Positions 12,638 to 26,756 of a stretch of DNA of 63,689 bases are shown piece after piece; the first letter of the stretch is position 1; each line of letters begins with the position of its first letter. Made by a program: the position numbers and the translations under genes. The notes beneath the pieces are model-generated. The model was not told the DNA's origin, did no database searches, and saw nothing but the letters and a program-made list of their open reading frames with translations. The stretch comes from Girardia tigrina. Lineage: Eukaryota. The DNA lies in the NCBI GenBank assembly GCA_001938485.1, contig MQRK01217413.1, forward strand, positions 5,043 through 68,731, written 5' to 3'.

Positions 12638-13680
12638 TACACCGTTTTCACTTCATTTTGAATTCTTACAAATCAATTTTGAATTAAATTATAATTATAT
12701 AAAAAAAACTTAAGATGACAAATCAATTTATTGGAAGTACAGATAGAAGTAGAATTGTAGAAGCATATATTAGAGGAGAGACTAGGTCGGAAATTCTGTA
12801 AGAATTAAACTCATCGAAGCTTACAGGATTAGTGTTTGCATTTCTACTGTGTATAGATGCCAAAGAATTCTATTACACAATAATGCGCATAGATAATGTA
12901 CCACAAAGAAGAAACGATGTACTTGTTGGTTAATAAGCCAATTATGCAAATCAATTTACAAACTTGACCTTATATGAAGACTCGTCTAATATATTATTTT
13001 TTGACGAAGTTGATTTTAATGTATCGACGAGAACTCGATGAGGGAGAGCGCTGGTCGGACAAAGGGCTGTTCAAATAGTTCAAAACATACTTCACAGAAA
13101 TATTTCCGTCCGTTGTGTATTGAACATAGCCAAACACGAATATATAATAAAGAGTTCTTTCTTTCATTTTTAGATGAACTGGCGAAATATGTTAATTTTT
13201 ATGGATGATATTCCATTTCATAGGTCAACCATAATAAGGGAAAGAATACGACAGTCAGGACATCGAATATTATTGCTTCGGCTTATTCACCATTCTTTAA
13301 GCCGATAGAAAAATTATTCTCGAAATTTAAGTAGATTGTTCGAAATTCCAACTGTCAGAATGAACATAAACTTTTTGAGGCGATACAAAATGCGCAACGA
13401 CAGATTACACCCGAAAACTGTAATAATTTTGATTTGCGTATGGGGGAGTTTATTGTTAGGTGTCGAAACAACGAAATAATTCCCGATGGTTATATAAAGT
13501 CTTTTAATGTTACTTAGTTTTTTTCTTAAAAAATATATGTATTTTAAAAATTTTATTTCTTATTTTAGTCACAGTCATTTAATTTTATACATTCTTCATT
13601 TTTTGAGTTTGGAAAACAATAATTTTTGGATCACGATTCAAAATTGATTTGTAAGAATTAAAAATAAATTGAGAAACGTA
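12638..13680 (+). mobile_element. Degraded IS630/Tc1-type transposon
   Basis: Inverted termini share AATTCTTACAAATCAATTTTGAAT. Remnant motifs IIFFDEVDFN, FMDDIPFH and YSPFFKPIEKLFSK. Confidence 0.8.
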
Positions 13681-15307
13681 GTAAGAAAATAGTACAAAAG
13701 AAAAACAGTGTTTAACATTTAAATATTTTCTAATTAACTCATGAATAACAGAGAATTAAAGAGATCATTTCGAAAAGTAAACATTCCTATAAAAATTGAT
13801 TTTATTTTATGATGCTCTTTTATAAATAACACATGGGAAGATACATTTTGTTGCAAGAGATTTGACAACTGTTTCCAAGTAATTTTGGGGTGCTGATTTT
13901 AAATATGTTGTTCATTCTTTTCTATAAGCTGTAGTTTTTTAGCAATCTTAAGATGTTGATTTTATTAAATTTGTAATAAATATTATGTATCTCGCCCATT
14001 CTCTATTATCATGATTTTTAAATTTCTTTTAAAGCTCCATTATAATTCCCAAACTGGCAACCGAAAAGTTATGTAAAGTGATATCCAATGCTTGTCTCTA
14101 GCCCTGCTGTCACATAAAAATAAAGCATGGGAATTTTGTAAAACCTTTCTGCTCACCAAGGAGAAAGTTAACCATTTTTAGGTCAACACATATCACCCAA
14201 TTGTACACTTGATACTTTAATAAATAGAAGACAAATTTTATCTTCTTTTAACACGACTGAGTGACCAATATGAGCTGCACCCTATTCATTGCCATTATGC
14301 AAAAGAACACATTTTAGACTCCGTTTGGAGCTGTCCAAAAACAATCGCCACTACGCTGGATTGTATGATGGTACACCCAGCAATTTTAGAAGACCCGAAA
14401 TATCATGTCAGAACACCAGTCCATTTTGGTGAGAGTAAAAGGCAAGAAAAGCTTATTTCGATTCCGGTAGAAGGAAACTTTTGCATTCATATCAAGTAAA
14501 TGCATTTCATTTAGCAATGAAGCAAACATCACAGCTACTTTCTTTGAAAGACACAAATCACGCACCAAGTCGTTTAACTCTTCTTGGTCAAACTGCTGAG
14601 GATCTGACTGATCGACATCAAGAACATATTCTTCAGTTTCAAAAATAACATAAGAAGTGTCATCATCATTACTGCTGCCTTCCTCAGACATTGAGAAACT
14701 TTTGTAAATCGACACATGTAGTTGATCAGAATGTGGAATAGGGCGAATAGCTGAAGGAATGTTTGGGTAGGTGATACTGTGCCTCTTTTTCTTACCAACA
14801 CCTTTTATGTTTGTCAAGCAAAAGTAGCAGTCACTGACATGGTCAGTTGACTACCGTCAAACCATAGGAGCTTCAAAAGTCATGCCATTTCTTTTCCTTT
14901 TTGTCCAGTCTCGAAGCATTTCTTCGCAATTATGACATATGATGTGCGAAGCCCATGATTTCTATTGATCACCAAGTGGAACTTCAAAGTAAAGTTTGTA
15001 AGCATGCTTTATAAAGGCCGTAATATTTCGTCTTTGATGAGAAAATGTATAAGATACTTATATAACAGAATGAATTCGTCTTCATGAAACATTTATTTCT
15101 GGTCAATGACGAAGATGAGGAAGTCATCACATTCGAATCTACAAAATATAAAAAATATAAACTCTTAAATATATTGAAAATTAATTATCCTAATTACGAA
15201 ATTTGAAAATTTAAGACGTATAACATTTTACTGATAAATTTAACAAACAATGGCAGTTGTTTTTTTTAAAAATTAGAAGATACCATTTTAAAATAAAATT
15301 TTTTATT

Positions 15308-15351
15308 GATACAATATATTTCGACGGAATAACCGTCATCATCAGGCGATT
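15308..15351 (-). ncRNA. Minimal type I hammerhead ribozyme motif (core intact)
   Basis: Minus strand reads AUCGC-CUGAUGA-U-GACGG uuauu CCGUC-GAAA-UAUA-UU-GUAU. Confidence 0.75.
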
Positions 15352-15483
15352 CTGATTGTTGCTGTTAAGCTTATATTTGTTAAAATGATGATTACGTAAT
15401 CAATTTGTGTGAAACAGTAATTACATAGTCATAATTACATTGTGTAATCAATTCTAATTTATAAGCATAACAGCTACAATCAA

Positions 15484-15527
15484 AATCGCCTGATGGTGAC
15501 GGATATTCCGTCAAAATATATTGCATC
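15484..15527 (+). ncRNA. Hammerhead motif, core mutated
   Basis: AUCGC-CUGAUGg-U-GACGG auauu CCGUC-aAAA-UAUA-UU-GCAU, with two core substitutions. Confidence 0.6.
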
Positions 15528-15881
15528 AATAAAAAATTTTATTTTAAAATGGCATCTTCTAATTTTTATAAATTTTTTTTAAAACAAAAACAAAATCAAT
15601 GAAATGTACAGATTGCAAAAAAGCTCGAGCTTACAGAAAAATAAGAGTTCCGTTTTTGGAATCTGCACCCCAAATTAGTCAAAAACAATTATGTAAGTTC
15701 TTGCAACAAAAAATTATTTAAAAATTGTTCCCCGGTGTAATTAATTATAATTATTTTTTAATTTATTTAATTAATTATATTTTTTTTATAAATAATTATT
15801 AATTTGTTTCAAGAATCGATTGATTATATCTTAACTACAATCATTTAAAAATTGTTATTTTTAATTAATTTTTTTATTTAG

Positions 15882-15982
15882 TCTTGCCACATTTGATTGG
15901 AGTTTGAAAGGTTTAAATAGATTAAATAAGCTTTTTTGCTGTCATCAAGATGATCAGCAGAGTAATTGGGATAATTATATAG
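15882..15982 (+). CDS. Candidate downstream bestrophin exon
   Basis: AG/GT bounded and phase-compatible with the 10868 donor. Open frame LATFDWSLKGLNRLNKLFCCHQDDQQSNWDNYI, with no recognisable homology. Confidence 0.5.
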
Positions 15983-16544
15983 GTGATTTACTTTATTAAC
16001 TTATAATAATTATTTTTATAAAGCATTTTTATTATATGAAATTATAAAATATTGTTAAAAGCCAGAAGACAACTTAAAAATAAGAGTAAGATGAAACACA
16101 ACAATTAAATGATTTTCATTACCGAAAGACCTGAAGTTTAGGTTGAAATATATGCACCTTAAATATATGTCACTTTACTCTGTGCTTCAAAAAGTTAATG
16201 AAAAAAGTTATGAAAAATATATTAAAGGATCATTCGGATTAGAATTTACAATCATATTAAAAAGTAATAGTATTTTTAAGAAAAATGTATGATTATAAGA
16301 AATCAAAATTGTTAAAAGAATTATTTTTCTTTAATTTTTTTAAATATTATTTTTAAATTTTTTACATTTATGTTGTTATTAATTCATATTAAAAATAATT
16401 TTATATTTTTAATTTGATTAATTTAATTTTTATATTCCAAACAATAAGAAAATATGATACGTGGTGCGCCCAATAAGTCATTTATGCTCATATTACAGTT
16501 ACACATTTTTTTATGCTCAGCAATATCACTCTTTCCCCCTTTTT

Positions 16545-16625
16545 GACTGTGTTCTTGGACTCGTTTGCAGAGATGACGGGTAGTCTCTCCGATCTATATG
16601 GCATTGCACCCATTACATGTGTATT
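16545..16625 (-). mobile_element. Penelope-like element GIY-YIG fragment
   Basis: CNGCNAI*IGETTRHLCKRVQEH. Confidence 0.7.
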
Positions 16626-17472
16626 GATAAACAATGTCCGAAAAGAAACCTAAAGGAGTATGTGATTTATTGAAAAACATATTCTCAACTTTAAATGATA
16701 GAGATATAATTTTAAATTTAAAATATTATTTGTTGATTTCAAAATCGAATTCTTTAGGTGTTTAAAACCCTCAGAGTAAGGTAAGCTTAAAGTATACCCA
16801 GGTCTAAAGCAGCTTTCAATGTTTAAATTATTCGTCTATGAACAACTGAATGACGTTCTGACATTTTTTTCTAACATTTCAACAATTTTTATCAAAGGAA
16901 ATGTCTTAATGAGTTTACAAGAGTCTATGAAAAGAAAGCCACTAGATCTGACGGATCTACTCTTGTTTTTATGCCGTCTACTTTGTTTAATACTCGAAGT
17001 CACCTCAGAGAACAAGAAACCATCCTCATTATGGAGAAAATTGAAGATTGGCAACGAAGAAGAAGTTGACTTCTATTAACTCCGGTTGTCGAAGAACTGG
17101 AAAAAATTTTAATCAAAAAAAATAATTTTAGTTTTTTGTGTTGTGGGGGCCGCATTTCTATGACTCCTCCCAAGAATCCTATATATTTGACATTTAAAAC
17201 TGGTCAAGGTAATTTGATAAAGGTTATTCTTTTGCACATTTTTAGTCATGAAAGACAAGATTTCATTTAAATTCATTCAAAATTTATCAGAAATATTTTT
17301 AAAGTAACTTCTCTGAAAATTGAAATATCTTCAAAACTTAAGCTTTATTCTTATATTTCTGTTTAGAAGAAATCTTTTAGAAATAATATAAAAAAATTGA
17401 AATATATTTTTTAATAATTATTCATAATGTTCTTTTTATTTGTATTTCATTTTTTAATGCAATGTAATCTAG

Positions 17473-17528
17473 ATACGCCGAATTCTCAGTCATTACGGGA
17501 TGATCTAATATTTGCTTTTACGAGTCAG
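17473..17528 (+). CDS. Candidate downstream bestrophin exon
   Basis: AG...CAG|GTAAAA bounded, phase 1 to 0, reads DTPNSQSLRDDLIFAFTSQ. Confidence 0.35.
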
Positions 17529-17784
17529 GTAAAAAAATAATATATAATAAATATTTCGAGTTTTTAGATGATATTGCAGCGACATTTTATCACAGGACAA
17601 TGATAACATTTACAGTCATGTTTAAGTAAAAATGTTTATTTTAATATTAAAACAGTTTGCATAATATTTCGATTTCTTCAATGTTTTCTTTCGTCTTCTT
17701 TGTGCTAAAAAGTTTCTATTTCCTTTTATTTTAAGCTATCTCAAATATTTAAGCTGCACGAAAATATTACTAAAACTTACATTA

Positions 17785-19003
17785 TTAGTTCGTCAAGTAT
17801 GAAATTTGTTGAACTAAAGTCAAAGTTTATTGATAATCTACTAATACAAATATTTATGTCATTCATCAAAGTATGCATCCATATTATCGACACACTTTAG
17901 CCATTTGAGCTGCATCTTGTTGAGGTCATTTAAAAAAAATTTGGTGGGCGAGAACCTAAAAGTTGCTGAAAGTCCATTTTTACGACATCTTTGAAATTAT
18001 TTTTTTTCTTCTCAAAAAGTTGTTCAAATTGAGAAAATGGTACTCAGTTGGGTAAAAATGCAGGATGATGAGGACGTTCCTACTCAACTTACTGTAGTTT
18101 TGTCACGGTCTTAAGATCAGTATGTGGTTTTGCATAGTTGTGGAGTAAGATGGGAGTCAACCTGTTTAGCAGGCGCGGCTGTATTTTTGAGTTTCAGCCT
18201 CCAATCTGTTGTGATCGACAAACCAAGGTTTATGAAGTTATAATGGATTGCTGCAGTCTAAGAAACGGTCACTATCAACTTCTTTTTGAGAATGTTATGC
18301 TCTTGACTGTGTTTTTCTGCTTCATTAGTGTCCATCCAGCTTACTAAATGTTTGCAAGTATTATATTGTATACTATTTTCATCATAAGTGACGATTCGAC
18401 TGAAAAAGAGATCACATTTATTACGAGAAAGCATCATCAAGCAAGCATTCAAACACTTTTGTTTCTGCTTTACATTCAACTCATGTGGAATCCACTTAAC
18501 CAACTTTGTTTCTTAACTAATTTGTGTCAGGTAATTCAATCTTGTTTGCTTTGTAACAACAACCGTTAAAGATAAAACATGAGCACTTTGTAATGGACCC
18601 AGCTCCACAGTTCCCTTCAGTTCCGCATTCGCTACCTGCCTTCCTAGGTAACCTTGAGACTCATTATTGAGATTAAAATTAATTATCACGAATTTTCTGA
18701 ACATGAGACTGTCTGATGCATAATAGAATTGTGTTCGAATATAATATAGATGCTTCGCACGGGTTTTGATGATAAGGTTAAAAGTAGCTACTCATACTTC
18801 AAAATATTTAGAATTTCTGCCGCTCAATTTTTAAAATAGTGATTATTAAAACAAGTTATCAATAATTTTAATCAATATTTATTGATGTGTTCAATAGCTA
18901 TCAAATTAAAGAATTTAAGTAACAAAATATTAAGTCATTATCAAATTATAACTATTTGAATGTATGATAATCATGACCACAAATTTCACACTTGACATCC
19001 TAA
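17785..19003 (-). mobile_element. Degraded mariner transposon
   Basis: Imperfect TIRs TTAG..GTCAAGT.TGAAATTTGT with TA flanks. WIPHEL and RIVTYDE motifs. Confidence 0.85.
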
Positions 19004-19863
19004 TAATATAAGTTTCAGTTGCTGGTTGTTGAAATGTCAGATGTGATAAAGTGTCCTAAATCTGTTAAATATCAATAAATAAATGAAACATTTATTTCCT
19101 AATCAAATATTTTCAAAAAACCATTTATCTCGTGATTTTTATAATTTAAATGAATGCAAATAATTTAGTTTTCAATACATTAATTTTTGTATGTTCCACA
19201 ATGTTACCCATCCTAGTGCGTCGGTTTTTATTGCATATTATGCATAATATTGAAATTAATAAACAATACTAAATTTACATCATGAAATATAGACTGAGCC
19301 AAAAAAATACGAGTAATTGTTTTCCTTAAAAAATACATTTTGAAACAGTTTAACTAGATATTTTCTTCTACTCACTTTGATCATATGAAGATTGTCCTCC
19401 AATTCCTGTAGAGTCTTTTGCATCGATTATTCACTAAAAAAATTTTTTATTGCTGCAAATATTGTCTTTTTATTAGTCTTTAACTATAAAAGGATTAACT
19501 TTTGCATAAATTATTGGTAAAATTTCAAAAATGTAGTCGAGCTTTGCCTTGGATTATTTGAAAAAAAACGTCCTCAACGGCGAAGATTAATAAATAATTT
19601 TGAAATCTCTGTTATAACTGAACATACCTATTTTGACCTAATACTAAGTTACTTAACCTCATACTACCGGCCGGAGTGGCCGTGTCCACTTTTATCTATA
19701 TATATATTTTCCTAGAATTAATAAACGTTTAATTTAATTTTTAATGAAAAATATTATTATTGATAATTTTATTCAATTTAACTAATTTAAATATCGTATA
19801 AATTGATACAGGCCTCTCAGGCCGGTAGGCGAAGGATAACTGACAAAACAGTAGTATGAGGTT

Positions 19864-20448
19864 TGTAGTGCACCCACTACTTAACACACCACAGTGTCCC
19901 ATATTAATGTACATTTTTGTTTGTGTATGTGAGTACGTGATTTTGTTTTTTTTGTGTATCAGTTGGGGACTGTTGTGATATCTCAATTCCGAGTGATAGG
20001 AATGCGTTTGATTCTGTCTTTCTTTTGGTTTATGTACAGAGCCTGACTCGATGGGATTTTTGTGTGTGTATAGTTGTTCTGGTTCATGGTGTGTGATTTG
20101 CTTGTCAGTATATTCTTTATTTTTGAACTTCCTATATCTCAAGAAAGAAACTATGATTCGGAGACGTAAACGACGATAAATACCATTAGAAAAATCTGAA
20201 ATTATTAGAACTGTCATTAAAAACTTGCGGCCGAAAAAGAAAATAATCTGTAATATATACTCAATGTATATAAGAATTATTCGACAAAAACTCGTTAAGT
20301 GTCTATAGTGAATTTTATTAGTTTTTATGTCGAGATTATATTACAGAATGGTGTGTGACGGGAGAGACAAAAAAATTTAGTTTCAGAAATTGGCAAATCA
20401 AGGAGAAATTAAATTCATCTTAAAAATAACAATCATTTCCTTAGAAAC
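19864..20448 (+). mobile_element. LTR-like repeat (TGTAGTG-start family)
   Basis: Starts TGTAGTGC with a TG-rich leader, like 38437(-) and 39821(+). Right boundary uncertain. Confidence 0.4.
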
Positions 20449-20515
20449 AAAACTTTTGTTATATTATTTTAATGGATATAAAAATTTCATTGAGCACAGA
20501 TACTTGTTATGTATA

Positions 20516-21560
20516 TTAAATACATACTTCGTACTTAATTCGCAATCGGAAATGGAAAACCAAGTTTATCGATTTACAAATGGTAAAAATAATCCAATTT
20601 AAAAATAGTTCAGGATTCTCATATCTTTGAACTTGATGTTTGTCTTTCTTTGCCATTTCTGCATACGATGTTTTGACGGCTAAAACATCATTTCTTTCTT
20701 CTTTTGATAGGTTGTCCTCATAAATCCTAGCTTCCGCTCTCATTTCGTCCACCGAGATGTTAGGTTTGAAAACAAATCGATCATTCAGAACTTGAGATTT
20801 TATCCGCTTTTCAAAAGTTCATTCAAAATTTCTTCCTTGCTGCATTTACTAAAATTTTCAATTGTTTTCCGAACCCTTAATTCGAATGTTAAGAATCTTG
20901 CATTTTCACCTTGACAAATTTGGTTTAGTTTGTCCAATTCTTATAATAGCGGTACTCTCTTTATAAATGTTTTCTTTAACCAATTTTTGGATTCCACATC
21001 TGACATTGGTTTCTTACCCTCTTGTGTTGCATTCTCCCAAAGAATTTTTGCTTCGTCTATCAACAAATAATTACACATTTCCGAGAATGTTAAACCAAAA
21101 AAATTTGAGAATTGGCATTTGTCTCTATACCATATTTGACCTTCTTCAGAATCCACTCCATTGTACTCCTTCATTTTCTTCTCGAAGGTTTCCTTAAAGA
21201 TTGATGGCAGTTCTAGTTTAGGAAGCCTCAAAACTTTTATTGGAACATCAGAGTTGTCGCCATTTAAATCTCCAGGTTTTACAATCTTTTTAGTATACTT
21301 AAGCAAATTAATAATCACAAATGTTTGTTTGTTGGTTTGTCGGTCACGCTAAGATGAAAATGTGAGATTGCGGAGAAACCGGAGTACATCAACGTAATGA
21401 CGTGGTCAATCTGCATAGCCTGCATCGAGACGGTTCTGTCGGTGCAGCGCCTTTGCCGAGAGATGCAGGGAGCCAAAAAATCGACCATTAAATCATTATC
21501 ATATCCGAAACAATAAATAATAAATTATAATAATTACGATTTAAAAATTAAAACAGAAAC
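20516..21560 (-). mobile_element. LTR retrotransposon 5' part with degraded gag-like ORF
   Basis: Broken reading frame 21318-20516 preceded by a CA-ending GC-richer segment. Gag-like composition only. Confidence 0.45.
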
Positions 21561-22295
21561 TTTCAAAGACGAAAATTCAGCTCACCCGTCATACATGATG
21601 GGTGTTTTACTTGTCATATAATAATTTTATTAGTTTATTTAGGATGTCATTACATCATTTATATATAGATGACAGATCCCATGAACGAATAATGAGATTT
21701 TTAATCATACTAAGACGATATTTAGGGCTTACAGAAACTGTTTGGTTTTGTATTGCAACCCTTGTCAGTTTTGTTTCTGTAAATATTAGTGTTATGAAAA
21801 CCATTTTATCGCCATCAATAAATCTAGAAAACACAATGTATTATCATTCTCAGTCTCCGTGGTAAATTTTAAATTTGGATGAAGAGAATTGATATAATTT
21901 AAAAACGGAGAAATGCCATTTCATTTTTAAAAATCAAAAATGTCATCGACATATCGCTTATTTGTCCGAGGTTTTTCTGACCAGCAAAATTATTTATTTT
22001 ATCTTCAACACTCGATATAAATATATAAGCCAAAATTTGAGCTTATGATTAATCCATAGCTACACCATCCACTTGTTTTTGTACCAGTCATTATTGCCAT
22101 AATTTAAACGGTTTGTTTGATCTGTTTTTATAAATTCAGAAGATAACTTGAGTTATAGAATTCATGTTTATAGATGTTGAAATAAACACATGATAATTAT
22201 TTATTTTTGTATTACCCATTATAAATAAATGATATTAAGTATTCATTATTAACCACGTTATCTTGTGATTCATTTATCAGGAAAATGGCTAATTA

Positions 22296-23162
22296 TAGGG
22301 TGACCAGGTAAATTTCGCAAAAATACGGGACATTTTTAAAAAAAAATACGGGACATCAAAATTTCAGTTATTCTTTAAAAAATAGACCGAAAAAACTGGA
22401 AAATCCTATATAAAATATAATAAAAGTAAAGTCTATTAATAATATAACTTCTTTTTATTTGTTATATTTTTGTATGAAACGCCATGGTTGATTCCTTTGC
22501 TGTGACAGAGAAGTCCTGATTGTTCGAGATACTTTTGAAAAAATCACTCACTTTTTTGATGATGAACCTGCTTGAATAGATAATTTGTGTCTTTTTGTTT
22601 CCAGATGTTGCAATATGTCGCTGCGACCTCCAAAAGCAATTGAAAATTCCGAGGAACATATATTACAGAAAGCTTTACTGTCATCTTGAATGACTTTTTT
22701 TAAGAACGTGAATTCTGTTGAATATTTGTCACTCCAATTAGTTTTTCTCTTCTTTATAGACATGGTTTGCTAAAATATATAGATTATATCATCGTTAAAA
22801 TTAAAATTGATTGATTAGTTATCATCCTAAAAGTACTTACAGTATAGTTATTATAATTACTAATATTATAAAAATTTTGCTGCACCTGCAAAAATTTAGC
22901 GATTTCAAATAAGGTTATGTTGAAAGGGAATAACCAAATTAAAAGAATTTTATAGGAAAATTTTTTTTTAAAAAAATAGCAGTTATATTTTTATATCATA
23001 CAGTAAACATCATTATATTTACTATTTTGCCCAAATTTTTAGTTTACGAGAAAATAAATATTTTTACTGAAATACAGGACAAACTTGAGCAAATACGGGA
23101 CACGGGACATTTAGTGAAAATACGGGACTGTCCCGTATAAATACTCGCAGATGGTCACCCTA
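22296..23162 (-). mobile_element. hAT deletion derivative retaining a BED zinc-finger ORF
   Basis: TIR TAGGGTGACCA, 8-bp duplication GCTAATTA and subterminal AATACGGGAC repeats. ORF 22548-22763 reads KAFCNIC...HLETKRH. Confidence 0.92.
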
Positions 23163-23376
23163 GCTAATTACCTTTTTCCTTATCAAAAAAACGTGAAAAA
23201 AACAAAAACGTTAATGGATAAATGTTGTAAAATGATTTTTGTATATTTTTTTACTAAAGGTTAAACGTAATTATAAGTAGTTACATTATTTAGGATCATG
23301 TTATCAAAATATCTTCTTTGGCACAATAGATAGAAAGACGTTTTAAAAACAACCTTTAACTGTTTATTCATTTTAG

Positions 23377-23576
23377 AGAAGCTTAGAAAAACAAAAGCCA
23401 TTTGTACCGAGAGAACGATTATCAGTCGTGAAAGAAGAATCTCCCTCTCCCAGTTTACCTATTCTTACCATTTCACAAGAGTGAGATTTGCCAAAATTAT
23501 TATTATACTAATCACAAATTATACTTTTAGATCCATACATAACGCAAGAAAACATTCAAAAAGTCTCTTATTCTAA
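23377..23576 (+). CDS. Candidate terminal exons (23377-23480, 23531-23576), possibly the bestrophin C-terminus
   Basis: Two AG/GT-bounded segments separated by a 50-bp intron read RSLEKQKPFVPRERLSVVKEESPSPSLPILTISQ/ESIHNARKHSKSLLF*. Confidence 0.4.
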
Positions 23577-26500
23577 TTTATGACAGTCAAGTCGAATTCC
23601 TTCGAGTATTAACTTTTAAATTAAACAAATGTTATTGTAGAAAATATTGTGCATTTCTGAATATATATTTTTTAAAAATTGTGTTTCTTTTTCTGCAAGA
23701 AGAAGGTTAAATTTTTGTGAAACAATATTGACGAATCTTATTAAGGACTTGTGGATATATTAGAACGGTGACCGAATAAATTAGAACAGTGATAAAACAG
23801 AACATTATTAACGAGAAACAGACTGATTACGAATTTTAGCTACATTTTATACATATAAAACATGTGTAATTTTACAATAAATCATTTAAATTTATTCTAC
23901 CAAGGTAAGTTCAATTATGATTTTTTGTACATGGATTTTTTTAAATTTATTTTAGGTAAAATAAGAAAATCTATTTGTTATTAAAGACAAACGATTTTTA
24001 ACCTAATTTGGAGCTTCACAATTTTTATAACATAATTTAGACTAAAAATAGAATTAATTATAATTTAACTTTAGTTTTCAACAGTGTTATAGTGGAATAC
24101 TATGAAAAACAACGGAAATTGAGTTCTGATTTTGCTAGGTTTTGATTATGCAAAATTCAGAATAAATAGCTTTGGAATAACAACTTGGCATTGTAGATTA
24201 TAATTTTGTGCAAAGTGCTATTCTACAAATAAAATACTGTTCTTGTATTTTATTTTTTAATAATTAACTAGACAAATGAAACTCAATTATTAGTTAGTCA
24301 TTAATTTAACGTAATTGTAACATATAACAATTATTTGAGATCAAATGAAAACTTCCTTTGCTTTTTAATAATTGCAATATATTTTTATATATTATATGAA
24401 AGAAGTTTTTAATGTGTTACAAAAATTAAAATATTATTTGTTTATTAGTAATTATTATGTTTCAAAAATAAATAAATATTCTGTTTTATCATTGTTCTGT
24501 TTTATCTTGTTCTGTTTTATCACAGAACCACAAAAAACTGATGGTATAATACGAATGGAAGATTACATTATCATTTTTGGATTCTTGGTCAAGAATAGAA
24601 TTCATTAAAACGGAAAAATTTATTTCTATTACAGTTAACAATTATTCAAACAACTTTTGATGAGGAACTTTTCTTTTGTTTTCTTTTCGAACACATTAAT
24701 TATAAATAAAAATACTGAATTATAAATACTGATAAGTTATTTATTAAAATTGTTATTTTTACAAATTGAATTTATTATTTTATTTTCTTTATAATTACAA
24801 TAATTTTACAGAATAACATTTCAATAATTTATAAAATTTAGTTTAAAATAAATTTCAAAATCTATAGAATTTTACTACAAATAATTCTCAAAGTTATATA
24901 GTTTTAAAAAGTCAACTATTTTTAAATAACAATTATTTAACAAATAATTTCAAGCTAATAAAATTTAGCAAATAAAATTTCATTAAACTAGTTTTGAGAA
25001 TTACTTTTTTGAAATTAATTAGAGATATTTTTAATTATATTTCTTTTCAAAAACTTTTCGTTTTAGATATTTTCTTATTTTAAATATTTAAAAGTTTTAA
25101 GAGTGCGCCGGATTCTAACACTCATTATTAATTAAAAAATACAGTCAACTGTTTTACACCTGTTGCATTCCATCTTTTAAAGTGATCATAAATTCTTTTT
25201 AGTCACACAAATGTTTGGAGGCTCTTAAACGATCACCGTGATGAGAATAAGATATAAAAACAGTGCATGAAAGAACTCAAAAAGTCTTAAGCTATTTGAG
25301 GTGCATAGATGCAATTTTGAAAACGTACATCAATTTAGAGTTTTAAGACTTTTTCAATTGTTGCTAAGCAAATAGTATTCAGTTTTATTTAATGCCTCTT
25401 TGGAAATCTGTAAAAGTTTTGTTCGATTTATTTCTGGTCATTCTGAAAATTAATATTAATTTAATATTTTATCATGAGAAATATTCTTAAACATAAAAAT
25501 AAATCTCATTCAATATTATCTTCATTTGTAAGGAAATGAAAGGGTTAGTTTAAAGAAACCTAGAAAGTCTTCTGATAAATCATATTAATTTTTTTCAATA
25601 CCGACATCAGCTTTTTGAATATTTTCCCTTCCTTAAATCTTACTGTTGTCAAACTTTGTTCCGTTACATTAGTAATTCTTTGTGGCATTTAAGATTACAT
25701 TTTTTCCTTAGAAGCAAATAATATTTTTGAATTCTTTTGGTAAAAAGGAACTAATGAAATTTCCATAGAATTATATAGTAAATCAGATTGATTTCTTTAA
25801 TCTTAATTAATCATCCTTACTCTGATGTTTACAGGTTTCTTCTATTCTTCTATACTAAGCTTCGATCTTTTACTGGTACAAAGCTACAATGCTCAAATGA
25901 TTGGATTTATTAAACAAGCTCGCAGCTGCTCAATTAACAAAACTCTTCTTCTTTAGCTTGATTTTGGGGTAAAGATCAATAATAACTTTAATTAAAAGAC
26001 GTTTTTAAAAAATTAGTATACATTAACAGTTAAAGATGAACCTTTCATTCAAATTCCCTGCCCTCTCATTGAGCAAAGTTACTCAGGACTGGTATATAAA
26101 CCGTTTTCAAGACTATCTCAGATCAAGAATGGCCTGCGTATTCATGTAAACTGGTGAGAGTAGAACATACTTTGTGCGAAAATGCTCTATTACCTGTTGT
26201 AAAAAGTCGATCGTGAAAAATTTTACGAAATTAATATTTGTTTATTCCTCAATGCTTGATTAGCGGGACACAAAAATATTTTACAGGAAGCGTAATATTA
26301 GATTTTATTTGTTTCAACAGAATTTGGAAGAGAAGGACATGATTTAGGAGAGTCCAACAATGAAAATTTCATTTAATTATTGTATAAAATAAAGCAACAT
26401 CTTAAGTGTCTAATGTTTTTAAACCTTCGAAGGTAAAATACACAACAATCATGAGTCCTAAAAAGCTATCCGTGCCTGAATAAGCATATATCGAATAGGA

Positions 26501-26756
26501 TCCAAATAGAAAAGTATAGTATTATTGGGTTTTAATTTTAAATAATTACTTTTAAACAAAAATCTTTAATCTTTATTATTTAAATCTTTATTCTTTAAGC
26601 TTTAATCTGACTCTACTTAATCAGGAGGTTCTTATTACATAAATATATAAAGGAATGAAAACAAATTCTTTTATAAAACTTTATTTTCAATAACACAAAA
26701 TAACACACAGCTTTATTTTGTTCAAATCAATAGTGTCAATAAACGTATTCACAAAC

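Larger units (their letters stand above)
15268..15567. repeat. ~300 bp palindromic cassette (two ~110 bp inverted arms) derived from a PLE terminal repeat
   Basis: 15268-~15378 is the near reverse complement of ~15459-15567. Each arm carries a hammerhead motif. Confidence 0.88.
13830..15737 (-). mobile_element. Chapaev3-type DNA transposon, internally deleted
   Basis: CAC...GTG termini, imperfect TIRs and a TAA (TWA) 3-bp duplication. Protein remnants DHVSDCYFCLTN, YPNIPSAIRPIPHS and ELNDLVRDLCLSK. Confidence 0.78.

Noticed and set aside
17568-17625. Additional bestrophin exon after a 39-bp intron
   Set aside because: The phase-compatible frame reaches a stop after 11 codons with no supporting homology, so it cannot be supported.
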